Source: Candidatus Binatia bacterium | GTDB lineage: Bacteria > Desulfobacterota > Binatia > UBA9968 > JAJDTQ01 | Direction: 5' to 3' | Length of the DNA stretch: 64,000 bases | Assembly: GCA_963666515.2 (NCBI GenBank) | Contig: OY762897.2 | Coordinates: 2,720,001-2,784,000, forward strand | Part shown: one piece after another, positions 9,502 through 23,553 of the stretch | How positions within the stretch are numbered: the stretch's first letter is position 1 | Layout of the letters: every line of letters starts with the position of its first letter | Made by a program: the position numbers and the translations under genes | The notes under the pieces: generated by a model | The model's input: the letters and a program-made list of their open reading frames with translations, nothing else | Databases searched by the model: none | Told to the model about the DNA's origin: nothing

Positions 9502-11946
9502 CTACCAGTGGAGCGAGCCCTGCAGCGCGACCCCGTGCGAGGCCTCTGCGTCGCGGGCGTGCTCGCGACGATCTCCCTCGAGGCTCATGCTCAGGCCCTT
9601 GCCCACATTGAACCGCCCGCCCACGCGATAGGTCTCCCTTCCGGTCGCGGAAACCGAGAGACCGGCGTAGGGCGTCAGGATGCCGCCCATCGCGTCCATC
9701 CCGTAGCCCACCTCCGCGCGCACACGGGGCTCGATGTCGATCCCTTCATCGCCCAAGCGAGAGACGTCCCGCAAGCTCCACAGGCGCGCCGCACCGCCCG
9801 CGGTTGATCCCATGGCAGGCTCTACCGTTATCGCAAGACCTCGGCCCGCCTGATCCGGGTCGAACCGGATAAGGCCCCCCACTCCCCAGTCCTTCACGTC
9901 TTCTTCCGCGTGTGTGAGCAGGGTACGCGCGCTCACTTGCATCGTCACGCCTGCGGCCGTGAAGCGAACGCTCCCGCCGACCTCCACGCCCATTCCCTCA
10001 TCCACGTCGCCTCCGTCGTGGCGAAGACCCACCTCCAGCGCAGGCCGCACCGATCCCCGGCCTTCCATGGCAATCTCGCGCACCGCCTCCAGCATCACCC
10101 GGATACGCGTCGTCTCCCCCGTGATGGATTCGAGACCGTCCTTCGCGTCCGCGTCCACCTGCGTCATCAACAGGTCGGACTTCAACGCAAGGTCGAAACC
10201 GCCCGTCTTCGATGCCGAAAGGAGCGCGCCGCGGAACCCGACCGCGCCCATGCGCATGTCGATGTCGGTCTCCACCACCTTCTCGATTACCTGCTCGTCA
10301 AGCGTCATCTCGCCCCGGCCCATCCCCAAGATGCCCCAGGCCGAGATTCGCTCGTTCAGCGCGAAGCGGACGTAGGGATGCACGCTGGTAAGGGTCGCCT
10401 CCATCTCGCTACGCCCCTGGTTGTCGAAGCCGCCCTTTCCACGCGCGTGGGAGAGCGCAACGCCACCGAGCCATCCGCCTTTCCCGTAGTCCACACCCAG
10501 CATGCCCGTGGTCACGTCGCCCTCGGTGGCGGCGGCGCCCTCGAACTTCGTGAGCGCACCGCGGCCCCAGGCGGTCCAGCGCCGGCCATGCGGGTCATCG
10601 GCTCCTTTCGCGGCGGACAGTTGGAACGAACTCCGCCCCAGAAAATCGGACAGAGACATGCCATGCGCGCCAGTCGGGGAACCGGCCGTGAGGGCGAAGC
10701 CGTCCTGCCCGCGGGAAAGGACCGCGTCATCTTCAGACTTCACGGCTTGCCCGCCGAGCACCATCTTCGCTCCGGCCGGCGCGGGGGAGTTCATGCGGCC
10801 GGAGATCATCTCTACCGCATCGCCCGCCACCGCGCGGCCGAAGCGCGCGAGCCAGCCCTGTGCCGACGCCATGCTCTCTTCCGACTCCGTGTCCGGGTCG
10901 CCGTAGATCCCCGCGCCGAAAATGAGCGGATATGCGACCGGACTCCCATCCGGCCTCGTGCGCTCGAAGACATGCTGGCGCGCGTAGGTCACCTTGGGGA
11001 CATCGGCCCGGTCCGTGGCGTCATCCGGGTTGTCGAAATAGTATTTCACGAAGCCGCCCCCGGGCGCCTGCGCCGTCCGGATGATCTGCGGCAGAATGAG
11101 CTCTCCGGTCACGACGTCTCTCAAGGTCGTGGTCGGGACCTGGAACTCGAACTTGTCCGGAAAGGCTCCGTGGAATATCGTGTAGCCGCTGGGCTCTATG
11201 ATGAAGAGATAGACGGGGCCGTGCCTCCAGGGTCCGCCGGGATCCCGGAATACGCTCTTTGCCTTCGTGAAGGCGCTGCGGCCTTCCGTCCGGTAAAGGT
11301 TGACAAGGTACTCCGTGGCCTCGTTGACGAAGGCTTTGAGGGTCGCACGATCCACCACCTGATCGGCCCGTACCGTGGGGGAACCGGGATCGACCGTTTC
11401 CTGCGCCAAGTGCGTTTCCTGAATGTCAAGACCGACAATGAGGACGAGCGGGCTGTTGTCGATGGCCGAACGATATCCGGCGGCGTAGCCGCCCCCCGGC
11501 AGAGAGCCCCCCTCGGGGTTCCCGATGGTTCCCGCTCGCGACAGACCGACCGCCTGGGCGATGCTCCGGTACAGACTGTCCTCCAGTCGCCTGCCGCTCA
11601 ACGCCGCCATGTCCGAGTGCAGGAAGATCCTGCCGTCGATCGACATGGTAACGACGTAAGTGGAGCCGGACTTCCAAGGTCCTTCATGTCTGAGAAGACA
11701 TCCGGCATAGATCAGGTCCGCCCCTGTCCGGAGGCCATCCAGATATCGTCTCGCCGCCAGCGCGAAAACACGCAGATCCCCGGTCCCCGCCTCCACCTGG
11801 GCGGCCGTTACGTCGGGAGGCGAAACCTCCGCAGCCCTCGCCGGGCGTGGGCAGGCCTCCTGCGCAAGTACAGTGGGTGCGGCGGAAAAGAACCCGGCAA
11901 GCGCCGGAACAAGTACCCCCAGAAGCATCTTGTTCAGAGTTCTCAT
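9502..11946 (-). CDS. Autotransporter-like outer-membrane protein with two Cache-like passenger repeats
   Basis: Signal peptide (MRTLNKMLL...VLAQ); two repeats with GPW..G..Y(V/L)...G.I/TIFxH; amphipathic beta-strand C-terminus ending ALQGSLHW. Confidence 0.75.
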   Translation of the reverse strand: MRTLNKMLLGVLVPALAGFFSAAPTVLAQEACPRPARAAEVSPPDVTAAQVEAGTGDLRVFALAARRYLDGLRTGADLIYAGCLLRHEGPWKSGSTYVVTMSIDGRIFLHSDMAALSGRRLEDSLYRSIAQAVGLSRAGTIGNPEGGSLPGGGYAAGYRSAIDNSPLVLIVGLDIQETHLAQETVDPGSPTVRADQVVDRATLKAFVNEATEYLVNLYRTEGRSAFTKAKSVFRDPGGPWRHGPVYLFIIEPSGYTIFHGAFPDKFEFQVPTTTLRDVVTGELILPQIIRTAQAPGGGFVKYYFDNPDDATDRADVPKVTYARQHVFERTRPDGSPVAYPLIFGAGIYGDPDTESEESMASAQGWLARFGRAVAGDAVEMISGRMNSPAPAGAKMVLGGQAVKSEDDAVLSRGQDGFALTAGSPTGAHGMSLSDFLGRSSFQLSAAKGADDPHGRRWTAWGRGALTKFEGAAATEGDVTTGMLGVDYGKGGWLGGVALSHARGKGGFDNQGRSEMEATLTSVHPYVRFALNERISAWGILGMGRGEMTLDEQVIEKVVETDIDMRMGAVGFRGALLSASKTGGFDLALKSDLLMTQVDADAKDGLESITGETTRIRVMLEAVREIAMEGRGSVRPALEVGLRHDGGDVDEGMGVEVGGSVRFTAAGVTMQVSARTLLTHAEEDVKDWGVGGLIRFDPDQAGRGLAITVEPAMGSTAGGAARLWSLRDVSRLGDEGIDIEPRVRAEVGYGMDAMGGILTPYAGLSVSATGRETYRVGGRFNVGKGLSMSLEGDRREHARDAEASHGVALQGSLHW

Positions 11947-12021
11947 CGCATATTCCCCCTCCGTATCGCCTCTCACAGGCTGTCATGAACGGGACCCGAC
12001 GAAAACCGGGCTTTGCCCGTC

Positions 12022-13176
12022 TCACGCCGTACCCAGGATCAGCGTCGCGTGCATGGCCAGGCTGCCGCCGTGGCCGCTGATGATGCCGACCTTGGCGTCG
12101 GGGACTTGGCGTTCGGGCTCGACCTCGTTGCCGCGGAGTTGTCGGGCGCCTTCGGTGAGGTGGAGCATTCCCTCCAGGTGGGCTTGGGACAGGAGGCCGC
12201 CGTGGGTGTTGAGGGGGATCTCGCCGTTGATGCCGATGCGGCCGTCCTTGACGAAGTCCTTGCCCTCGCCCTTCTCACAGAAGCCGTAGTCCTCCAGGGT
12301 GATCATGGCGGTGATGGTGAAGCAGTCGTACAGCTCGGCGAAGTCCATGTCCTTCGGTTCCAACCCGGCCATGTCGTAGGCCATGCGCGAGGACTTGCGT
12401 CCGCCCAGGGTGGTGAGGGTGGGCGCGTCCAGCAGGCTGAAGTGGGGGTGGTGCTGCCCCATGCCGAGGATCACCACCGGCGGCTTGGGGAAGTCCTTCG
12501 CCCGTTCGAGGCTCGTCACCAGGACGGCGCCGCCGCCGTCGGACTCCAGCGAGCAGTCGAGCAGGTGCAACGGGTCCACGATCATGCGCGACTGCTGGTG
12601 GTCCTCGATGGTGATGGGCTTCTTCATGGTGGCGTTGGCGTTGAGCGACGCGTGCCGGCGGGTGGAGACGGCGATCTCCGCCAAGTCCTCGCTACGGGTG
12701 CCGAACTCGTACATGTGGCGCTGGGCGGCCAAGGCGTGGCCGGCGGCGGCAGCGAAGTGCCCCCAGGGCCGCTCCCAGTGCTCGTCGCCGCGGCGGATGG
12801 GGTAGCCGGGAGTAGCGTCACCGGTGGAGCGCTTGCGCGCGTGGACGCACAGCACCGTGCTGCACATGCCGGCGTCGATGGCCATGACCGCGTGCTGTAC
12901 CATGGCGATGGGCGTGGCGCCTCCCAGGGCCAGGTCGGTGGCGTAGACCGGGGTGATCCCGGCCATGTGCGCCAGCCGCACGGCATAGCTCCGGTGGGCG
13001 TCGTTCAGCGGCTGGTTGGTGAGAAACCCGTCCACCGCGTCGCCGCGGATCCCGGCGTCATCGAGACACTCGCGAATCGCTTCCAGGTGAAGCGAGTGGG
13101 TCGTGCCGTCCGGGCGCTTGCCTACCAGCGTCTCGCCCACGCCCACGATGGCGTATTTTCCCCCGAGATTGGCCAT
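12022..13176 (-). CDS. Thiolase-family protein (SCP2/Ltp2-like, no nucleophilic Cys)
   Basis: AIVGVGET, LDCSLESDGGGAV, ELYDCFT, NTHGGLLSQAH; the N-terminal Cys position reads LGGAT. AAGGAGG RBS. Confidence 0.9.
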   Translation of the reverse strand: MANLGGKYAIVGVGETLVGKRPDGTTHSLHLEAIRECLDDAGIRGDAVDGFLTNQPLNDAHRSYAVRLAHMAGITPVYATDLALGGATPIAMVQHAVMAIDAGMCSTVLCVHARKRSTGDATPGYPIRRGDEHWERPWGHFAAAAGHALAAQRHMYEFGTRSEDLAEIAVSTRRHASLNANATMKKPITIEDHQQSRMIVDPLHLLDCSLESDGGGAVLVTSLERAKDFPKPPVVILGMGQHHPHFSLLDAPTLTTLGGRKSSRMAYDMAGLEPKDMDFAELYDCFTITAMITLEDYGFCEKGEGKDFVKDGRIGINGEIPLNTHGGLLSQAHLEGMLHLTEGARQLRGNEVEPERQVPDAKVGIISGHGGSLAMHATLILGTA

Positions 13177-13284
13177 GGTTCCTCCTTGCCGGGGCCGCGC
13201 CCCGCACGACAGCAATGATGCTGAATCCGTAACAGTAAACCGCGAATACCGTCAAGAATGGCCGCTCACCCATCCTCTCCGCCC

Positions 13285-13311
13285 CTGGATTCCCGCTTTC
13301 GCGGGAATGAC
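13285..13311. repeat. Palindromic REP/dRS3-like element CTGGATTCCCGCTTTCGCGGGAATGAC
   Basis: Identical copy at 22574-22600 and variants at 23554, 23603, 31221 and 43141. Confidence 0.85.
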
Positions 13312-13378
13312 GAATTCGGGTCGTCGGTACCGCGTAGCGTGATTGCGGAGCCTCGGCCTTTCTGTTACCTGCCGGAGC

Positions 13379-14821
<1,443 letters not shown>

Positions 14822-14862
14822 CGGCTGGGCCGGCCGTGCGCGGCCCCACCGCTACCCCACCT

Positions 14863-14913
14863 CTGGACCCCGGATCAAGCCTGCCCCGGGCTTGATCCGG
14901 GGTCCGGGGTGAC
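14863..14913. repeat. Nested palindromic repeat between convergent gatB and argJ
   Basis: ctggaccccggatcaag[cctgccccgggcttgatccgggg]tccggggtgac: a 23-nt palindromic unit sits inside a related unit. Confidence 0.7.
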
Positions 14914-14966
14914 GGATGCGGGGAACCCGGGTGACGGGTTCGGGGGGGCGCTGCCGTCCCCTGCCG

Positions 14967-16153
14967 TCAGGTGCGGTAATCCGAGTTGATGCGCACGTAC
15001 TCGTGGCCCAAGTCGGAGGTCCACACAGACGTGCCGGCGCCGCCCATGCCGAGGCTGATGCGGACGGCGAAGGACGGGCGCTGCATGACCTTGGCGGCGG
15101 CGGACTCGCGGGTGCCCACGGCCAGGCCGCGGCGCACGACCTTGACGCCGCCCAGGGCCACGTCGATGGTTTCCTCCACCACGGGGACGCCTGCGTTGCC
15201 GATGGCCATCATGAAACGACCGATGTTGGGGTCCTGGCCGAAGAAGGCGGTCTTGACGAGCTTGGAGTTGGCGACGGTGAAGGCCACCTTGCGGGCCTCG
15301 GCCACGGTGCGGGCGCCATCCACCCGGATCTCCACGAGCTTCGTGGTGCCCTCGCCGTCGGCCACCACCTTGAGCGCCAATTCCTTCATCACCTGCGTCA
15401 ACGCCCGCTCCAGCACGTCCTCGCCCTCGCCGCCGCGGGTGATGCGCGGGTTGCCGGCGACGCCGTTGGCGAGGCACAGCACGGTGTCGTTGGTGCTGGT
15501 GTCGCCGTCCACGGTGATGGCGTGGAAGGACGCGTCCGCGGCCCGGCGCAGCATGGGCCGTAGCGCCGCGGGAGCGATGGCGGCGTCGGTGAGCACGTAG
15601 CACAGCATCGTCGCCATGTTGGGTGCGATCATGCCGGCGCCCTTGGCGATGCCGGCGACGTGAACGGTGCGCCCGCCGATGCGGCACGTCGCAGCCGTGA
15701 TCTTGGGGCCGTTGTCGGTGGTCATGATGGCCTGGGCGGCGTCCTGAAGCGCGTCGGGCACGAGCGCCGCAGCCGCGTCCGCGATGCCCCGCCCGATCTT
15801 GTCCATGGGGAGCCGAACGCCGATGATGCCGGTGGAGGAAGGCAGCACCCGGCCCGCGTCGATGCCCAGGTGACGGGCGGTCTCGGCGCACATGGCCTGC
15901 GCGTCCCGGAGGCCGCCGGGGCCGGTGCAGGCATTGGCGTTGCCGCTGTTGACCACCACCGCCTGCAGCAACCCGCGGCGCACGTGCTGCGTACCCGCGG
16001 TCACGCTGGGGCTCTTGATGCGGTTCCTGGTGAACACGGCGGCGGCAGCCGCCGGGCGCTCGGAGACGATCAGCGCCAGGTCCCTGCGCCCGCTCTGCTT
16101 GATGCCGCACGCCACGCCGGCGAAGCGGAAACCGGGCACGCCCGACGGCGGCT

Positions 16154-16157
<4 letters not shown>
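14967..16157 (-). CDS. argJ: Bifunctional glutamate N-acetyltransferase / ornithine acetyltransferase
   Basis: [57 protein letters not shown]; GTG start overlaps the secA stop. Confidence 0.96.
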
Positions 16158-19636
<3,479 letters not shown>

Positions 19637-19848
19637 GGGTTCAGGATAGCGATTCAGGGGGCGAGTTTCAATTTCCGACCTCCTGCCGTCCTTCCGGCGA
19701 AGCCTGCACCCGACCCCGACCGAGGGGCGGGAACCCAAGGGATCGGCGGAGCGACCTGAACAGGTTGGCCAGAGCCAAAACCCAAGAGGAAATCGTGGCG
19801 GTGATCGCTGAGAGGCAGAGGTTTCTCGGCTTCACGGCAAGCGTTCGG

Positions 19849-20310
19849 TCAAGTTGTGATAGCCTCCAGTGAAGGAATCCCCTCATCCTTCGGTTTGCGG
19901 AAGTTGGTGACGACTCCATAGAAGTCATCTTCGTCGATCAACCAGATGTGTTTCCTGGCTATGACGAGGGCCTTCCTAAACTCCCTCAAGAAACCCATTC
20001 CGATCAAAACTTCGTCTGCCTCGGAAATCACCGCGGGACCGACTACCGTATCTTCCGAAAATATGGCCTTCACCTCGGCCCATGGAGCCTCTCTTTTGGA
20101 ACCGTCTGCCAACGACGACTCACCGGCACCTTCGATTTGAAGGTTGAGAAAATCCTTCATCCGCTCCGGGATTTGGATGAAACCAGTGAAGCCCGTGTCA
20201 ATGACTCCACACACCGACTCTATCTGAGGCGAATCCGTAGAAGGTCCCTCAAGCGTGAGCCTCAAGCACGGATCTTCGTCCTGGTAGAATCCTTGGATCA
20301 ATTTACTCAT
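19849..20310 (-). CDS. Retropepsin-like (clan AA) aspartyl protease
   Basis: VIDTGFTG catalytic motif, LADGS flap, LIGMGFL; overlaps the upstream gene stop. Confidence 0.8.
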   Translation of the reverse strand: MSKLIQGFYQDEDPCLRLTLEGPSTDSPQIESVCGVIDTGFTGFIQIPERMKDFLNLQIEGAGESSLADGSKREAPWAEVKAIFSEDTVVGPAVISEADEVLIGMGFLREFRKALVIARKHIWLIDEDDFYGVVTNFRKPKDEGIPSLEAITT

Positions 20311-20588
20311 CGCCGACTGGTCTTGAAGGCAGTCGGCCAGCCGATGTGAACCAGGAAAAACACCCCCTCCGGCGAGTTCTCTTTCGCCTTCCTGATGGCG
20401 ACTTCAGGGAATTCCCCTAGGTATGCCTGTTCAGTCTTGATCTCAATCGCTGCATACTCGTTGCGATGTTCCTTTTCGTACTCTTGCTGATAATTACGCC
20501 GATATATCTCTTCTCCCGCAGCAATAATCGCCGAAGGATCAATGGGGGCACGAGATCCATCCACCTTCTCTGTTTCTACTTTACTCAT
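20307..20588 (-). CDS. Small DUF5678-like protein
   Basis: GEEIYRRNYQQEYEKEHRNEYAAIEIKTEQAYLGE...AIRKAKENSPEGVFFLVHIG pattern; AGGAGG RBS. Confidence 0.65.
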   Translation of the reverse strand: MSKVETEKVDGSRAPIDPSAIIAAGEEIYRRNYQQEYEKEHRNEYAAIEIKTEQAYLGEFPEVAIRKAKENSPEGVFFLVHIGWPTAFKTSRR

Positions 20589-20639
20589 GGCGGCCCTCCT
20601 TCCTGGTCCACAAACGGAACCACGCGATCTCTTAACGGG

Positions 20640-20675
20640 AAAGAAAAGGCGGACACCACGAAAGCGGCATCCGCC
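20640..20675 (-). terminator. Rho-independent terminator upstream of the DUF5678-like gene
   Basis: Minus strand GGCGGAUGCCGC-UUUC-GUGGUGUCCGCC (12-bp stem with G-U pairs) followed by UUUUCUUU. Confidence 0.7.
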
Positions 20676-20790
20676 CTGTTAGCACACGGAACCCAGTAGC
20701 CAAGTCAGGCAAGGCGCCAAGGCCACCACCATGGGATCGCGATTTCAAAGTCTCGCTCCGCCTCCACTCCCCACGTAGAGAGACACAACC

Positions 20791-20819
20791 TGTTTAGCAC
20801 GGGCTTTAAGGGTGGTCAA
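20791..20819 (-). promoter_or_regulatory. Sigma70-like promoter
   Basis: TTGACC-17 nt-TAAACA with an extended -10 TG. Confidence 0.5.
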
Positions 20820-20916
20820 CACAGATTTGTGAGAGCGTCGCGGCTTGCCCCCTCGCCCAGGGGCCGAATTCAAAACAGAGGCAGTACCCAACTTTCAGGG
20901 CGGCGTCCCGAGGAGA

Positions 20917-22020
20917 TCACAGGCGCAAGTCCGCCCCCACCAACTCGTCCCCCAACTCCTTGCCGCAGCTCGGGAAGTAGCCGAATACCTGGTCCCAGAC
21001 CTCGCGGGTTTCCATGCAGAGGTAGATGGGGACCAGCGGGGCGGCCTCTCGGATCCATTGGCGCATCTTGCGGTACATGGCGACGCGCAGGGGCTGGAAG
21101 TAGCGCATCTTGCCGTCGGGGCACGGGACCTGTTCGCCGGAGAGGATGCGGGTGGCGGGGAAGCGCTGGCGCATCACGCGCTTGAGCGAGGGGGTGGTGC
21201 GGAGCACGCCCATGCTGGTCCAGGCCATGCGGCGGTGGTCCAGGCGGGCGAAGATCCGGTGCAGGAGGTCGCGGTAGTCTTCTTCCCAGCCCGGGTACTC
21301 CACCATGGGGTCGAAGTGGAAACCGAGCTTGTAGCCGGCCTGCTGGCAGCGGTAGGCGGCGTCGAGCCGCTCTTCAAGCGAGGCGGTGAGGCCCTCGTCG
21401 GCGTCGATGACGGCCTGCGGGTTCATGGACCACGACACCACCACGCGCTCCTTGGGGTCGAGGCCGAGGAGGCCCTCGACGTGGTCGCTCTTGGTCTTGA
21501 GCTCCAGCAGCACGTTGGGCTGCTCGGCGAAGAACGGCACCGTGGCCTCGGCAAAGCCGATGAGGGGCTCCAGCGCCAGGCTGTCGGTGATCTCGCCGGT
21601 GCCGATGCGGAAGAAATAGTCCCGGTGCTTCGCCAGCAGGTCCTGCGTCTCCGTCAGGAGATCGTCGACGTTGCTGAATACCTTGAGGGCCGGGTTCTCG
21701 GCGAGATAGTCCTGCAAGTAACAGTAGCTGCAGTCCATGGGGCAGTTGCTGGCGAAGTTGATGATGAAGTAGTTGCAGCAGACTTGGCCGTCGCTGCCCG
21801 GGCAAACCTTGAGGAACTTCCCCCTGTGACGGGTCAGCAGCAGGTCGCGCTTGCTGCGGGAGATGGGGTCGCCGCCGCCGTCGCGGTCCGCCCAATGGCG
21901 TTGTGGGTCCGGGACGGTGACGAAGGGCACGTCCGGCAGCGCCCTCCTGAGGTTGTCGAAGATCACCGACGCCTCGGAGCCGCTCTCCACGATGACCCTT
22001 TCAGGCCGATACGCCTGCAT
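20917..22020 (-). CDS. Spore photoproduct lyase-family radical SAM protein
   Basis: KVCPGS...CCNY, NCPMDCSYCYLQ (CxxxCxxC), RIGTGEITDSLALE, LELKTKS, IYLCME. Confidence 0.88.
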   Translation of the reverse strand: MQAYRPERVIVESGSEASVIFDNLRRALPDVPFVTVPDPQRHWADRDGGGDPISRSKRDLLLTRHRGKFLKVCPGSDGQVCCNYFIINFASNCPMDCSYCYLQDYLAENPALKVFSNVDDLLTETQDLLAKHRDYFFRIGTGEITDSLALEPLIGFAEATVPFFAEQPNVLLELKTKSDHVEGLLGLDPKERVVVSWSMNPQAVIDADEGLTASLEERLDAAYRCQQAGYKLGFHFDPMVEYPGWEEDYRDLLHRIFARLDHRRMAWTSMGVLRTTPSLKRVMRQRFPATRILSGEQVPCPDGKMRYFQPLRVAMYRKMRQWIREAAPLVPIYLCMETREVWDQVFGYFPSCGKELGDELVGADLRL

Positions 22021-22561
22021 CCTCACTGCCCTCCATGAGCGCGAACACCTCTTTCGCCGTATCGTTCCCGGCCAGGGACTCCAGCTCGCGAGCCAGCCGT
22101 GCCAGCGCATCCACGCCGCCGGCCTGCAACTCCACCCTGAGGCCGCCCTCCAGTCCCGGCGCCACGGTGATGCGGATGCGCGGGTCGAGCTTCAGGCTGC
22201 GTAGCCGGGTGCGGACCTCGTCTTCGACGGCCGTCAGGCGAGGGTAGCGGAGCCGTCTCAGCGCATCCTTGGCATGCTTGAGCTTTTCGTTGCGGCCCAT
22301 GCGGCTGTCGGACAGGGTCGGCGCGAGCTCCTTGCCGTCGATGACGGACGCGATGGAACAACCGTCGCGCAGGGATATCTCCACGCACCAGTCCAGGAAG
22401 TCGTTGAAGTGGTTGCCGCCGAGCCGCAACGTGCGGGCGAGCCGCAGCATGGCGGCTTGATCCGGCTCGCCCAACGCGAGCCAGCGCTGCACGTCCTGGG
22501 CGCGGATTCCGCGCTCCCTGGCGTAGTCGGCGATGTCTTCGTGCAATGCCATCTCGTTCAC
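22001..22561 (-). CDS. Hypothetical helical protein between GT2 and the SPL-like gene
   Basis: Host-like codon usage; overlaps both neighbours; LRRLRYPRL motif. Confidence 0.7.
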   Translation of the reverse strand: MNEMALHEDIADYARERGIRAQDVQRWLALGEPDQAAMLRLARTLRLGGNHFNDFLDWCVEISLRDGCSIASVIDGKELAPTLSDSRMGRNEKLKHAKDALRRLRYPRLTAVEDEVRTRLRSLKLDPRIRITVAPGLEGGLRVELQAGGVDALARLARELESLAGNDTAKEVFALMEGSEDAGVSA

Positions 22562-23502
22562 CCTTCCCCACCCCTGGATTCCCGCTTTCGCGGGAATGAC
22601 GATGCGGAGGGCGGTGTTCTTCCATGCCCAGGCGGAGTCTGACGGAACTCGGCGTCAGGGCATCCAAGGCAAACGGCCCACCGTAGCCGCTCTTCGTACT
22701 CCCGCGCCATGACTTCGTTGCCGCGCTTGCGGAAACCTCGAGCCAGAATCGTAACTTTTTTCGCCATGGCCTCCAAGGCCCATCCCGCCTTCTCCGCGTC
22801 CAGACCCGCCTCGATGAGGTTGGCGATGGCCTGGACGCGGAAGCGGTCGAACCCCCAGGTGGAGCGGGAAAGCTGGTCCGCGTGCCCTCCCCGTCTGGTG
22901 ACCAGGGTCTCGGGGATGAGCGGGACCTTGGTATCCTTGGAGATACGCAGCCACAGGTCATAGTCCTCGCACACCGGGAGCGACTCGTCGAATCCTCCCA
23001 CCCGCTCGAACAGCTCCCGCCGCATCATCACGGCCGACGGGCTCACCAGGCAAAGCTCCAGGCTGGCGCGGAAGATGTCGCCCGACGGCTTGCGGTGCTT
23101 GTTCCTCGGGTTCACGCGGACGCCGTTGCGGATCCAGATCTCGTCGGTCTGGCAGATCTCGACGGCGGGGTTGGATTCCATGAAGTCGAGTTGCCGCCGA
23201 AGCTTGTGCGGGTGCCAGAGATCGTCGGAGTCGAGGAAGGCCAGATACGTGCCAGAGGCATGGCGGGCTCCGAGGTTCCGGGCGGCTGCCACGCCTCGGC
23301 GGTGCTGGGTGAGGACCGTAAGCCGCGCGCCGTAGTCCCGCAGCCGGCGGGGAGTCTCGTCCGTGGAACCGTCGTCCACTACGATCAGTTCGTAGGCGCT
23401 CACGGTCTGTGCCAGGACCGACTCCACGGCCTCGCCGATCATCGGCCAGCGGTTGTGAGTGGGGATGATGACGCTGATGGGCAATTGCGAATCGTGCGTC
23501 AT
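22558..23502 (-). CDS. Glycosyltransferase family 2
   Basis: SVIIPTHNR, VVDDGSTD, AARNLG, AFLDSDD, CEDYDLWLRI. Confidence 0.92.
   Translation of the reverse strand: MTHDSQLPISVIIPTHNRWPMIGEAVESVLAQTVSAYELIVVDDGSTDETPRRLRDYGARLTVLTQHRRGVAAARNLGARHASGTYLAFLDSDDLWHPHKLRRQLDFMESNPAVEICQTDEIWIRNGVRVNPRNKHRKPSGDIFRASLELCLVSPSAVMMRRELFERVGGFDESLPVCEDYDLWLRISKDTKVPLIPETLVTRRGGHADQLSRSTWGFDRFRVQAIANLIEAGLDAEKAGWALEAMAKKVTILARGFRKRGNEVMAREYEERLRWAVCLGCPDAEFRQTPPGHGRTPPSASSFPRKRESRGGEG
22574..22600. repeat. Palindromic REP/dRS3-like element within the GT2 3' end
   Basis: Identical to 13285-13311; translated as SFPRKRESR. Confidence 0.85.
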
Positions 23503-23553
23503 GGCATGCCTTGGAAATTGCCGTCGAGAAGGCCCTCCGGGCCTCACTCGTAG

